Below, in pieces: positions 14,386 through 26,661 of a stretch of 64,000 bases of DNA. Positions within the stretch are counted from its first letter, which is position 1. Every line of letters begins with the position of its first letter. Origin of the DNA: the human T2T-CHM13v2.0 reference genome, Homo sapiens; NCBI RefSeq assembly GCF_009914755.1, contig NC_060936.1; one strand, 5' to 3'. The position numbers and the translations under genes were made by a program. The notes beneath the pieces were generated by a model. That model was given only the letters and a program-made list of their open reading frames with translations. It was not told where the DNA came from and did no database searches.

Positions 14386-17300
14386 CAGTCAGTGCACTTT
14401 TAAATCACGTTACAAACTATGTGTCACTGTTATGTGACACATACAAATTATGCATTATCATCATATGATCGATATCAACAAAATGAAAACTCGTGTCATC
14501 TCATCTTGAAATGAAAGAATGTTTGATTCCATGAATGTGATCGTGAAGCCGAGTTCAGAGAGACATTTCTGGAATATTCTATACAATGCTAAACAAAGAT
14601 AAGCAGTTTTTAAGTTAACGGAATGCTGAACCCAGAATCATCCATTTTAGGGAAGTTGAGCTGAGTAAGGTAGTTCAAGACAGTTGCCTGAAGCTCCACT
14701 TAGGTTTGAGATGGAGTAGATTCGGAAGACAAGACGAATGAAGTATTTGATTTTCTAAAAAAGGGAATGGAGACATTTTAATTTACAGCTTCTGAGGAAA
14801 GGTCATCAATCCAGAGAAGACCGTGAAGGAAGGTCCAGGAAGAAGGTATCCTCTGGAAAGGCCAGGGTGTCAGGGCCACTGTGGAAGTGTGGGCATGTAG
14901 CAGAAAGAACTCACTTCACAACTGTTTAAAAACGTTAAGGATATAAGCTAATGTTCGGGAATAGTTAATGTTTCTCGGAGTGAATATTAAGCTTCCTCCA
15001 AGAAAAACAACTCAACTCCTAAAGTCAGCCCTAAACTAGTGCCAAGAAAATAGTGCTAAATTAGGCTTCTAGGAGAGATATGACTCAGTTAAGTATCATA
15101 GAGCACTCAACCCATAAACTATCCATTTGTAGTCCTTGAGAACATAAGAGATTACAAATAAATGTACTGACTCTTTCCTTAAGGAAAAGAAATGCCTAAA
15201 ATCATGATTCAGCTTTTTAAATTCAGTTTCCATGTGTAACTGTTATAGCTGCTGGGAAATACTTGATAGTCAAATCATTTTGTAAAACCATTTCCAAATG
15301 TTTAGTCTAAGATTGGGCAAATGTTCTTGGAACCAAATAAATTTTCTGAGTATTGATTCTAAATCTCTTTAGTCAGAATGAAAGTACTAAGAACTGTTTT
15401 AAAAATCATATTTTTCTGTAAGCTTATGGGCAAGCATACAAGAAAAGATATACATGTTACATGTCAAATTGTGTGTATCTAGTTCAAGTCCTGATCCGAT
15501 TTCATATAATCTCTATCTGAATAATTGGCCAAATGTCAAGAAGATGCATATCTTAAAGGGACTTTCAAGTATATTGCCAACGTGATTGGAGTATTAACAA
15601 CAAATTTGGATATTAATTCTTGGTAATCTCCAATAGCATCTAATTTCATTTCCATTATTTCATAGATGCCTCCTTTTCATCTAATATTGAGCATTAATTA
15701 GTCTTTATTTGGCTGGAGTTAACATTAGCTAAAGTTTGAACTTAGGCTATAGCATCTGTGCATACATGTTTGATTTGTGAAAACCCAGCAGCATGGCAGT
15801 TCAAATATTTATTCATTTTCCTGTGCTGGCTCTTAAGCACATGTGCATATGCAAAGTGACCTAGCTTTGTGAATGGTCATACACAGAGAAAAAGAAATAC
15901 ATATAGAATAAATAATTTGGGCCTTAAAAAATATGTATATATGTGTGTGTGTGTATACATATATATGTATAGCGTTCCTTTTTTGAAAACTTGTAGCATA
16001 AGGAAATAGGACTGAAACATTCATTATTTTCTATGAAGTAACATTAATCTCACAATTTTCACTCCACTTTTTGACTAAGGGTGGATTTTTCCCCTAAAAT
16101 CTTAGAGAATCATAAAAAATGAGATGAAAAGTCAACTTCTGAGACTGTGTATTCCTTTACCCCACCTGTGTGCGACTGTTTACTTCAGACTGCTTTATGT
16201 TCCTCAGAGCACAACCATCTCCTGTAAAACAAAAATGCCTATTAAACTGCTATAACTCGGGAGCACACCGGAGCATCCCCTTAACACTAACCATGGTTTG
16301 ACAACACTATCCCCAAACCACATCTTTTGCTTTCTAATTTGTTAAGCTTAACTGTAATCTTTAACTTTCCAAAGTGAAGGCAAAGAAATTTTCTTAATGT
16401 ATTTCTTTGTGATAGGGAAAAAGTGATACTTTTCTTCTATTTCGTCTTCAAATTTCTTCTGGAATTTTTTTTCAGTGACCTTATCTCTACTTTTTCATTT
16501 TCCCTATTATAAAGAAAATAGTCATCTCTTCTTTCATACATTTATCTTTTCCATATTTGATGAGCACGCCTCCCCGCACTTAAGAAAACATTGTAGGAAA
16601 AAAATATTAATCTAAAATTGTACATTGTACTCTAATATCTGTTTTTCATTTGTCTCCCCCATTAGACTCTAGGCTTCTTGAAAGATTTCTTCTTTGTTTT
16701 CTACACCCAGTTCCTGCCTGTCATATAGTTCAAATATCAATTAGTATTCGATGAGCCAATGAACCACTTCATCAGGTCAGAATCCAGAAGGATACATTTT
16801 GAAACTAATCATGACACTGTGATTTTTAAAGGGCTTCCCATTGATCTTTTCACTCCATTCCAAAGGTGTCTGAAAGGCACCAGAGGGAAGGCAAAAACTC
16901 CAAAGTATCAGCCCCCCAGTCTGTTCTCATGAGAGCTGCTATGGCTCATTGCCACACATACGCAGTCTGATGTTAATCAACACTAACTAGAGCAGCTTGT
17001 GGCTATTCTCATCCTTGAGCAGATGAAACAAGGCCAGCAGCAGTGAGGGCACTTTGCTATAATAATCCAATAAATACTTTTGAAATGATGCTTACTTTTG
17101 TCTTTTGCATTAAAGTCTAAGCGCAAAGCCAAGTAGAATAGAAAATAAAGAACACTTCCCCTCTTCCACAATACCAAGCAGAAATTCCAGAGATTTTGCC
17201 AAAACTCCCCCATAGATTTATCGCTTCTTAGGAGACTTTGTACAGAGAACTACAAAATCTCCTTTGCACCATAAGGGCCAGATGTTACTGTTGAATTGTA

Positions 17301-18212
17301 ACCACCCATAGCTACATGTGTACACACATTTCACAGTCATCTCTAAATGCACACAGGAGGCACAATGAATGGAAGTTAAGACCTAACCTAGGCTTTTTCT
17401 AGGTTCAGAGAAAACCCTGACTAGCTACTCCTGGTAGATGGTTTCTCCTCTTTACCAAAGCCTCCCATCACTAGGGGGCAGGTTCATTCCCAACTTAGGA
17501 AGCACTAAAACAGAAAAGCTTTCAACCCCAGAAAAGTGGTACCTAGAGGTGTGATTTGTATAGCTAGCTGTAGCTGAGTCTCATCCTCACAATGTTGCAT
17601 CAACATTTGATCTGAAATAAATCCTTCAAACTTCAGATATATCATATTCCTATCTAATTATCAAAATACATTCCTTAGGTACATTAAAACTTTTTGATCA
17701 CTTACTATTGTAGAATACCTCAAACTGAACTCCCCTATATCTGATCAATACCTGAGTTGACCATTAATTTTAAATTTAATTCAAAGTGACAGTTTTCATT
17801 CTAGACCTTCCTTGGATAGCCACAGAGATGTGTTATGTACAAATTATTTCAGTCATCCAGTTTCAATGAAGAGGTAGAGTTCAGGTGGATTTGGAGTGGG
17901 TATGAGAATCTAGCCAGATGGCCACAAAGACAGTCCTGGTGCTCTGGAATAACAACCACAGCATAAGCAAGAAACTGGAACACCACACCTGGTATAGGCC
18001 AATCCCTCTTTTCACCACAATCTGGCAGTCTTTGGTAAAATAAGTGTAAGGGGAAGGATCCAGGCTGGAGAGGAGTGAGCAGAAAAATTGAGTACAGGAT
18101 CTCAGAAGGTACAAAAAGCTACGCAGAAGGTACAAAAATCTGTTGCCTAATACAGCCTAATGACAAGTCACAAAAATTACCCTTACTGAATTAGAAAGAC
18201 CTTATCTTGATT

Positions 18213-18296
18213 GTATGGGATTAAACCATATGAAATTGCTGATAATTGATTGGTTCTGACCTACAAAAATGCCAGTTCAGCTAGCTCAACCTGATA
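18213..18296. mobile_element. MADE2 mariner-derived MITE (~80 bp)
   Basis: aaccatatgaaattgc...tgacctacaaaaatg...tcaacctgata. Confidence 0.75.
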
Positions 18297-18394
18297 GTAT
18301 GAGTCACACGGGGTGAATGCTATGAAGACGCTCTGCCTCCACCTATCCTGGTGATACAGGTCTGCAGGAGGGTTTGCATCTAGAAATCAGAGAT

Positions 18395-18562
18395 TTTTGT
18401 TTTTTAAGAGTCAGAGTCTTGCTATGTTGCCCATATTGGAATGCAGTGACTACTCACAGGTGCGATCATAGCACACTGCAGCCTCGAACTTCTGGACTCG
18501 AGTCCTCTTGCCTCAGTCTCCCAAGTAGCTGGGACTAAAAGCATGTGCCAACATGCTTAGCC
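18395..18562 (-). mobile_element. FAM fossil Alu monomer
   Basis: 7SL-like tactcacaggtgcgatcatagcacactgcagcctcgaact. Confidence 0.85.
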
Positions 18563-20652
18563 CTAAGATTTTTTTTTTTTTACTTAACCTCCCCTGGAGC
18601 TCCAGTTTTTCGTTGAGGGGCCTCAGGGGCATCCTGGGAGGGCAGAGATGGATTGGAGTGGAGGCCACGTGAATGAGTCTCAGAAATACCATTTTGTCTG
18701 CTTTCTGTTGTAGGGTTCCACATAAGATCTAACATAAAAGGTGTGGGGGAGGTTCTTATGCTTTAAAAAAAAAAAAAATGATTCAAAGCCTCCAAAGCCT
18801 GAAGTTCATTTTTTGAAAAGTGACCCAAACACAAATCTTGACATTCTGGAATATTGAAGTTTTAAAACTAAATCCGGAGGGCCATGAACAAGTATGTCGA
18901 TCACATAATTTCGTGAAAGGCAAATTCTTGATAATGGTCATCCTCCTTCAGCCAGGTAAATGTCAAATTCAAAGAAAATATATTCAGGACAGCACTGTGA
19001 AATTTCTGAGGATAAGAGCATATTTCACAGCACATAAATGAAAGTGGATCTCGGTGAATGTTCTATACAGAGAGAAAGGTTGTGTTTTGAACCTTTAAAT
19101 AACTTTGGACAAAGGGTGAAGAAGGATATTGTTCACACCACAAGTCAAAAGCCACTCCCATCAATGTGCCCAACCACACAAGTCGAGGCTGCTGCTGGCC
19201 TTGATGGTTCATGGCCATTTGGAGTGTTTGCAGAGAGATTGGATGATTACTTGTCTAGAATTTGAGCTGTGTCTACTTATTCAATATTTTGGAACATTTT
19301 TTCTATAAATAACCGGTCAATTTTGTCTAGAAATCAGTGAAGTGATTAAGTAATAGGTCTATGTATTTATTGAAATGTTGTCTATATGGTAGGGATATAT
19401 TCATCTGTCAGTTCAGGCAGATAAAACTGGCTACACTTGTGTGGATACAAACATGATCATAAACCTCACTAGTTCAATGAGCTGGCTTACATCTAAAGGA
19501 CTCTTTTGGAAGTTGAAAAACAAATATCTTTTGCGTAAACATTTTTAATATGACACCATATTTAACTTAAAATTTTAAATAACAGATGATCCTGTGAGAT
19601 GCTATTTTGTGAGGTGTGAAAGGCCCCCAAAATGTAACTCTCATTGAGGAATTTTTATAGAAATTAGGGTTTTTACATTCTTTATTAGTAAATAGCTAGA
19701 AGATCTGTCTTATACTATATTGCTATGAGAATGGAAAACAATCTACATGAAAAAAGATTATGCTATGGCACAGAAGTACCTATTGGTTGAACAATGGTCA
19801 TATGATTTTAAAACAAAATCATATGATTTTAAAACAAAGTGGGCAAAATCACCTACTACTGCCTGGCAAGAAGCAAAGGATCTAATTATATTAAAATTCT
19901 GCTGCTTACATTAAACCCAGAGACTCATCTGCACAGACAGCCATGTGAAGGGCTTCTTTCTTTCTAAGGTCAACTTGAGACCCTTTACATAATAATCATG
20001 TTTGCTTTACCATACATTGTGCCTAATTTTTTTTTAAAAATTAAGTTTGTAAGCTCAATTCAAGCCTCTTTTTATTTAATGTTTAGATTAGTACTAAAAT
20101 GAACTACTAATGTCTGGGTCCTTTGTTAGCAAGGATTTTCTTTCAATACCTACCAGAAGGAGTGGCTTAGCTGTCTGAGTATCAGCTTTAAAATACCTAG
20201 ACTTCCTGGAACCATAGATTGTATTCTTAGGAGGGCTGAGGAACTTCTTAATTATTCTGAAATAGGTGGAATGGCAGACCATTTCCTACACAAGTGTCTC
20301 TCTACAAAATCTTAAAAATCCAAATACTCTGTGGATTTTAAAAATTCAGTAACTTTTTTTCTTCCATTTGGAGAAATGTTCATTTGCTGTATGACCTCAG
20401 AAATCCAAAAATATGTCCTTTCCTTTTGCTTATCTTCTACAGTTTCTTAGCCTGTTGTACCCTAAGCTATTTGTATATACTTTAACAATGATATTTATTT
20501 GCTTAAGCATTATACTTTCAATTGTGGCTGAGCTAGTCCATTCTAAGGGCTAGACTGCAGAGAACTACTCACTGAAATCCATGTGGTTAGAAAGAGCCCT
20601 TTTAAGCTTCACGTGGTATGTTCAACTCATGGGGTCTTTGAATTCTCACCAC

Positions 20653-20930
20653 TTTTTTTTTTTTTTGAGGCAGAGTCTTGCTCCGTCACCCAGGCGGGAG
20701 TGCAATGGTGTGATCATAGCTTACTGCAGCCATAACCTCCTAGGCTCAAGCAATCCTCCCACCTCAGTCTCCCGAGTAGCTGGGAGTACAGGCATGCGCC
20801 ACTATACCTGGCTAATTATTTTTAATAGAGATGAAGTCTTGCTAGGTTGCCCAAGCTGGTCTCGAACTCGTGAGCTCAAACAATCCTCTCAAAGTGCTGA
20901 GATTACCGGCATGAGCCACCACACCCGGCC
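20653..20930 (-). mobile_element. AluJ
   Basis: Alu dimer with J-type diagnostics. Confidence 0.92.
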
Positions 20931-23319
20931 ACAGTTTCGTTTTAACATCTGTTAATCCAAAAAATTTCTTCAAAGTCCTTTGGTGATTTTGTCAATGCTG
21001 CTATTGATGTTTTGTTCTGGGAGGAAGCTCTCTTTCACCCCATTGTATTTTAGAAGTTTCAATGCAACCATGGAATGAGGATTTTCATTACAAGCTTTTT
21101 GAAAGGTGCAATAGTCTCAACATAATGAACTCAAAATCTCAGTGCATTGAAGGGTTTGCATGCCAAGTTGACCAAGTGCCTAAACTGTATAAACTCCCTA
21201 TGTGCACACTTAGAATTGGATCATCAGATTTGTCTAAACAACTTGAAAGGCTTTGCTATCTGTTCACTGAACAGTCATTATGATGTACACACCTTTAAGA
21301 GGGACTCAGCCCCTCCACAACTGATAATGAAGGAAGAATCTCCAAGTGAGGTGAGGCAGCTGGACTTTGCAGGTCTGACTCTTGTCCCCTGCGATTCACT
21401 TTTCATCAGCAACCTGGAGGAATCAGAACTAGGCCCTGCTGAACAATCTGGAGATGAAAATCAAAGCCGGGAAGTACAGCTTCTCCTGGATTGGATCTCG
21501 ATTTGACTTTTTTCTTTTTTCTTTTTTTCAAGGAACAGACTGGGTTTCTTCAGAGCATTATATCAGGGATTAAGAGAATCAGTAGACTCGGGTTGTTTTG
21601 GTTTTAGAAAAAGATCTCAGACGATTATTTAAATTCCCTATGCCTTGGTTTCCCTGTGAGAAAATGAAAACAGTAAGGCCTGGACCCTCCCAGTAACAAA
21701 GGGGCAGATGTTAAAAATATAAAGGATTCTAGCTTTCATATAGGAAATGCATGTGCAAAATATTACTCATTTATTAAGGTGCATGAAAATTTACTGTTAA
21801 CAACACAGAAGACTAATATGTATCATTGATGTTATTCAGGTCTTATAAAACTCTAGTGGCCAGTCGTGTTTTTAATGCCAAGAACCCCGAGGAGCAACTG
21901 GTTTCTAAGAATCAACACTTAGTTCTGAGCCGAGAGATGCCCCAAGGAAGATAAGAGACTTACAGTTTGTTTGGCGTCCAAAAAGCTTTCCAGACAGCAG
22001 TTTGTTTCCTTTCCCTTTTTATGAATGGTGGTAGTATTATGCTTCAGTCTGCGTTTTCTACCAAAGCCATTCATAAAAATAAAAACAAAACAAAATAACA
22101 ACAACAAAAACTTTCTCGGCACAGTCTGGAGCCATTGGGTGCCAGAGGCTGGGAAAACATCCTGGCAGCCATAACCCCAACCAACATTGAAAGTATTCAA
22201 GGGTCTGTTTGTTTGGTGGTCTGAAAAGTATGAAGTGCTGTGTCTGAGGGTAGCTGGTAGAAGTTCCGTGACACGGACTAGGCCGGGAGCCAGGGCTGGC
22301 AGAGATTCAGACATTGTCTTTCCCCTCATTGAAGTGTCAGGACCTAATTCATGGAAAATTGGGTGAGCTGGCAGCTCTTTCAGAGGATTTCATTGAGCTG
22401 CAGTGTGCAGGAGTCACATGAATGCGGGAGCCTCTGCCAAAAAAGGAGGGGGATTTCTGAGCAGTAGGAACCAGTCAGCCTGCAAGAATGTATGTGGATT
22501 TGAAACGGTTTGGGAGTAAACATGTGTACAGGTGTAATCAACAGGGAAAAATGGGAGGAAGATGAGTGCTCTCTTCTTCCAAATGACCCTTTGGAAATGA
22601 ATCCTCTATTAGCCCACGCTTTTGTGTCCTAAGAGGCAAGAAGTCCTCATCGTTCTTGGTTCGATTTTCCCTGGAGAAAACATCATCTCAAAACTTGGGC
22701 TTTTGTGATGACGTCATCTTTACTGTGATTTAAAGTCAAATGGAAGAACGTCTTTTCCTTTGAGCAAAAGTACCTTGCCATTTATTTTATTTTTATTCTG
22801 TCCATCTAAAAAAAAAAAGCTCTAATGATTTTTATATGGAATTTTTAATGTACCAGCAATAAACCACTGTACCACTGAGAGGAACTCTGAGAGGAAGGGG
22901 CTCTCAGAATGAATGAACAGGGGCTAGTGAATAGTGAACGTATCCTAAGTGCTGTTATTTGGGAGAACTGGTGCAAGAAAGCATGTCGCTATCCACATCA
23001 GAGTACCTCAGGTGTACTCACAAATCTCAGCGATGTGTAGATAGAATAATACATGCCTATATTCAGACATGAGAGTGAGGACTGGAAGCAAATAATCCAT
23101 CGAAAAGCTCAGGCTTCAAATCCATCTTTTATAATGCCAAAGAAATAACAAGTATTCTCTAATACTCGATTGGAAAGTTAGGCAGGCAGAAAAACATTCC
23201 CTCGGATGTTTCACTCAAAAGAGGAGAGTTTTGCTCTACACATACAATAGATACAGATATAACACAATATAACACAATATTCTTCCCATGATACCACGAA
23301 GAAACTGAACAAACTCACA

Positions 23320-24270
23320 GAATTATTTGCAAATCATAAGGGACTTGAATGCAAAACATTAAAAGAACTCTTACAACTTTGTTATGAAGAGATAGCAAAT
23401 TTTTTTTAAATGGGCAAAGGATTTAAATAAACATTTCTTCCCAGGAGACATATAAATGGCCAATAAGCACATGAAAAGATGCTCAACATCATTAGTTGTG
23501 AGAGAAGTTCAAATTGAAACAGCAATGATGTTTAACTTCACATCCACTTGGATGTCTATAAGCAAAAAGACAGGCAATAACAAGCATTGGCATGTATACG
23601 GAGCAATTGGAACTCCAGATTCATTGCTGGTGGGACGGACTGCAAAATGGTACAGCTGCTTTAGAAAGCTGTCTGGCAGCTCCTCAAAAAGTGAAACAAA
23701 GAATTACAATATGAACCAGCGATTCCACTCCCAGGTACATACCCAAGAATGAAAACATGTTCGCACGAAAACGTGTATATAAATGTTCATAGTAGCATTA
23801 TTCATAATAGCCAAAGGGTGGAAACACCCCAGATGTCCACCAACTAATGAATGGATAGGTAAAATGTGGTATACCCATACAAGGGAAAATTATTTAGCAT
23901 GAAAAGGAATGAACTGCTGATGCTACCACATGGATGACCCTAGAAAACCCTAGGCCAGTGAAAGAAGCCACACACAAAAGACTCTACATATATAGTATGA
24001 TTCCACTTACATGAAATGTCAGGATAGGTAAATTCATAGAGACAGAAAGTAGATTCATGGTCACTTAGGCATGGGAGGTGGCTAGGGACGTGGAGGGTAG
24101 TGGGGAGTAACCACTAATGGGTACAAGATTTCTTTTAGAGGAGATGAAAGTGTTCTAAATTAGACTGTGGTGATGGTTGCACAACCCTCTGAATATACTA
24201 AAATATACTTTAAATGAGTGAATTATGTGGTATGTAAATTATGTCTCAGTGAAGGTGTTTTAAAAAAATA
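23320..24270 (+). mobile_element. Old L1 (L1MB-like) 3' end
   Basis: ORF2 C-terminus (MANKHMKRCSTSL) plus an L1M 3'UTR and A-rich end. Confidence 0.88.
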
Positions 24271-24461
24271 AAATATTAACAAATTAGGTACCTTCACTCC
24301 TCAGTTTTGTGATATATAGGCTAAAAACAAAGTGAATCAAACAGTTAAGTTTCTTTCAAGCTAGTTGGCTTGTATGCCAGAATTTAATTGGGAATTGGAA
24401 TTGTTTTCACTGAGATAACCTATGTTGTATTTCCTTAATATAGAGAGATCATGAATAGACA

Positions 24462-24757
24462 TTTTTGTTTTTTTTGAGATAGGGTGTTGCTCTGTCACCC
24501 AGGCTGGAGTGCAGTGGCATGATCACGGCTCACTGCAGCCTTGACCTTTCTTGGCCCAGGTGATCCTTCCATTTAGGCCTCTGAGTAGCTGGGACTACAG
24601 TTGCAACGCCACCACACCCTGTTAATTTTTGTATGTTTGTAGAGAGAGGGTTTCACCATGTTGCCCAGCCTGGTCTACAACTCCTGGGCTCAAGCCATCC
24701 GTCCGCCTCTGCCTCCCAAAGCGCTGGGATTATAAGCGTGAGCCACCATGCCTGGCC
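24462..24757 (-). mobile_element. AluJ, 155 nt upstream of exon 4
   Basis: Full dimer. Confidence 0.93.
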
Positions 24758-24911
24758 AAGTATAAACACTTTTAACATTGGATATACCAGTTGAACTTTA
24801 TACTTTCCTCTTTCCTTTGCAGACAAGTATCTGTATTTAAAATATGTACACCTAATTTTTTCTATAATGTATATTTTCTTTTAAAATATATCTTTTTCTT
24901 TTCCTCCTTAG

Positions 24912-24944
24912 CCACAACAAGTTGTTCAGAAGAAGCCTGCTCAG
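24912..24944 (+). CDS. HMGA2: HMGA2 exon 4 (33 nt, phase 0/0; PQQVVQKKPAQ linker)
   Basis: Reads tttttcttttcctccttag|CCACAACAAGTTGTTCAGAAGAAGCCTGCTCAG|gtaaga; the peptide matches HMGA2 residues ~84-94. Confidence 0.98.
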
Positions 24945-25884
24945 GTAAGACATAGTCATTAATTTTTTTCTCCCAATTAATATAAAAAGTGAAATATGTA
25001 CTGAAAAATGTCCCCAAACTAAACCTTATTTCGCATTTTCTTACTTTTGGTTATCGTCCTGCAGTATTCCTGAAAATGTGTTGTAGCCTTCAAAGTTAGG
25101 AATATATAGTCTGCAATCGTACCATGAAAACCTCCCAAAATGTAAGGTCTTAAGTGTACAAAGCAAATATAAATTCTTTTAAAAATAAAACTATTTTATT
25201 ACATTGCCTCATATGTAAAACAAATATTTAATCTTATCCTATATTTTACCAATTCTTAAACATCAAATTTTGTCCTTCCAACTGACTGTCTATATTCTGT
25301 TGACACCAGACTTATATTTAATGATTCATGACTGGAAACATATTTCTTCATTGAACAATTTCATAATATTTGATGATCCCAAAACACTCCAAAGAATGCT
25401 AGAATACTTGGAAATTAAGTTATACTAACGTGCAGACTGATGCATTCTTAGATCTTATTTAAATAACTGAATCACAGTCTCTGAAGTTTTTGGCAACATC
25501 AAATTGGAAAATAGCTCTACGTCTCTTGCCCCATATTCCTGGAGCACCTTGTCCTCACTATAATCTGTACATAGAAACATTAAAAAAACATATTTATTGA
25601 GGAAGCATATCTTGAAGAAAACAAAACTGAAGTATAAATTAACCAGGATTGCTAATAATGTGAGCCAGTATTAAAGTATAAGAACGTCCTGCTGTTCTCT
25701 TCCCTTCTGTATGTAAATAGTCATTGGAGATCCAGGTGGTATCATGCTGAACCTGCTAAAATAAGTAGTAAGCAGTGTCATGAGCTATCAAATTAAGTAG
25801 AACTCTTTCATGTAATTTTAAGTATCCATGAAATTTTTTTCACTAGAAGTCTTTACAAATCTACCTTGCATCCTGTTTTCTTAG

Positions 25885-25959
25885 GTCAATGTTGCCTTGC
25901 CTGGGAAGGACCACCCGGGCAATCTTATATATCTACTGTTCTCTAAAAATGCCACTTAG
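25885..25959 (+). CDS. HMGA2: HMGA2 alternative terminal exon in intron 4 (VNVALPGKDHPGNLIYLLFSKNAT*)
   Basis: Acceptor tcctgttttcttag|GTC, in frame with exon 4; TAG at 25957-25959; AATAAA at 26038-26043; the peptide matches my recollection of an annotated minor HMGA2 isoform. Confidence 0.85.
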   Translation, partial: VNVALPGKDHPGNLIYLLFSKNAT

Positions 25960-26037
25960 AAGAGAATTGAAACTTCCAAACACATGAAAGGATCCAAGGA
26001 AAGTGTCTTCAAACAATTACATATGAGCTTTAAGTGG

Positions 26038-26043
26038 AATAAA
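26038..26043 (+). terminator. Poly(A) signal of the intron-4 alternative terminal exon
   Basis: AATAAA 79 nt after the stop codon. Confidence 0.7.
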
Positions 26044-26466
26044 AACAGAGTTACCATGAAAAAAATCATTTTCATTGCTGCTCCCATACCTAAAAGCTAA
26101 GAGTGGGAGAGGGGTGCTAAAAAAAACCCAGTGTTTGTGCGTCTTTAAGCAATATTTAAAAATATATACATATAAACAAAAACTTGACATTTTCATTAGG
26201 AGAACCCAAATATATTTAGCCTCTCATCCTTTAACTGTACAAAAATCAAGAGAAAGTAAATTGATAATTCTGTGCATTTGAGTCAAAGGATGAGGCAGAG
26301 TTCACATTTGCATCACAGGCTGTGAACTATAGATTAATCACTTTATGTGGTTTGTTAATATTGATTCAGCCCCTGTGCTTAGTGTCATAGGGAAGATGAG
26401 TCAAACAAAGAAAAACAGTCACTGCATCTGAGAAATGTATTTATATGTATATGCCTGTGTCCTATC

Positions 26467-26661
26467 CAGTGGTATGCTGGAACCAGCCCTTGTGAGCAAA
26501 TAGTGAACATCTCTTCTGAATTCTGTGTTCAGTGATGTCAAGTAGGTAGCTTGAAATCCACTATGGTGGGAGTATTTACACCATGGAAAGTGACAAATAC
26601 TACAAATCAGGACTTTTTTTTTTCCTGAGGAGCAAGTAGTTAAACATTTACCTCCCCAGCA
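26467..26661. mobile_element. MER63A-like hAT DNA transposon, next to a MER5-like remnant
   Basis: cagtggtatgctgg ... ggtagcttgaaatc..atggtgggagtatttacaccatggaaa ... gttaaacatttacc. Confidence 0.75.
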
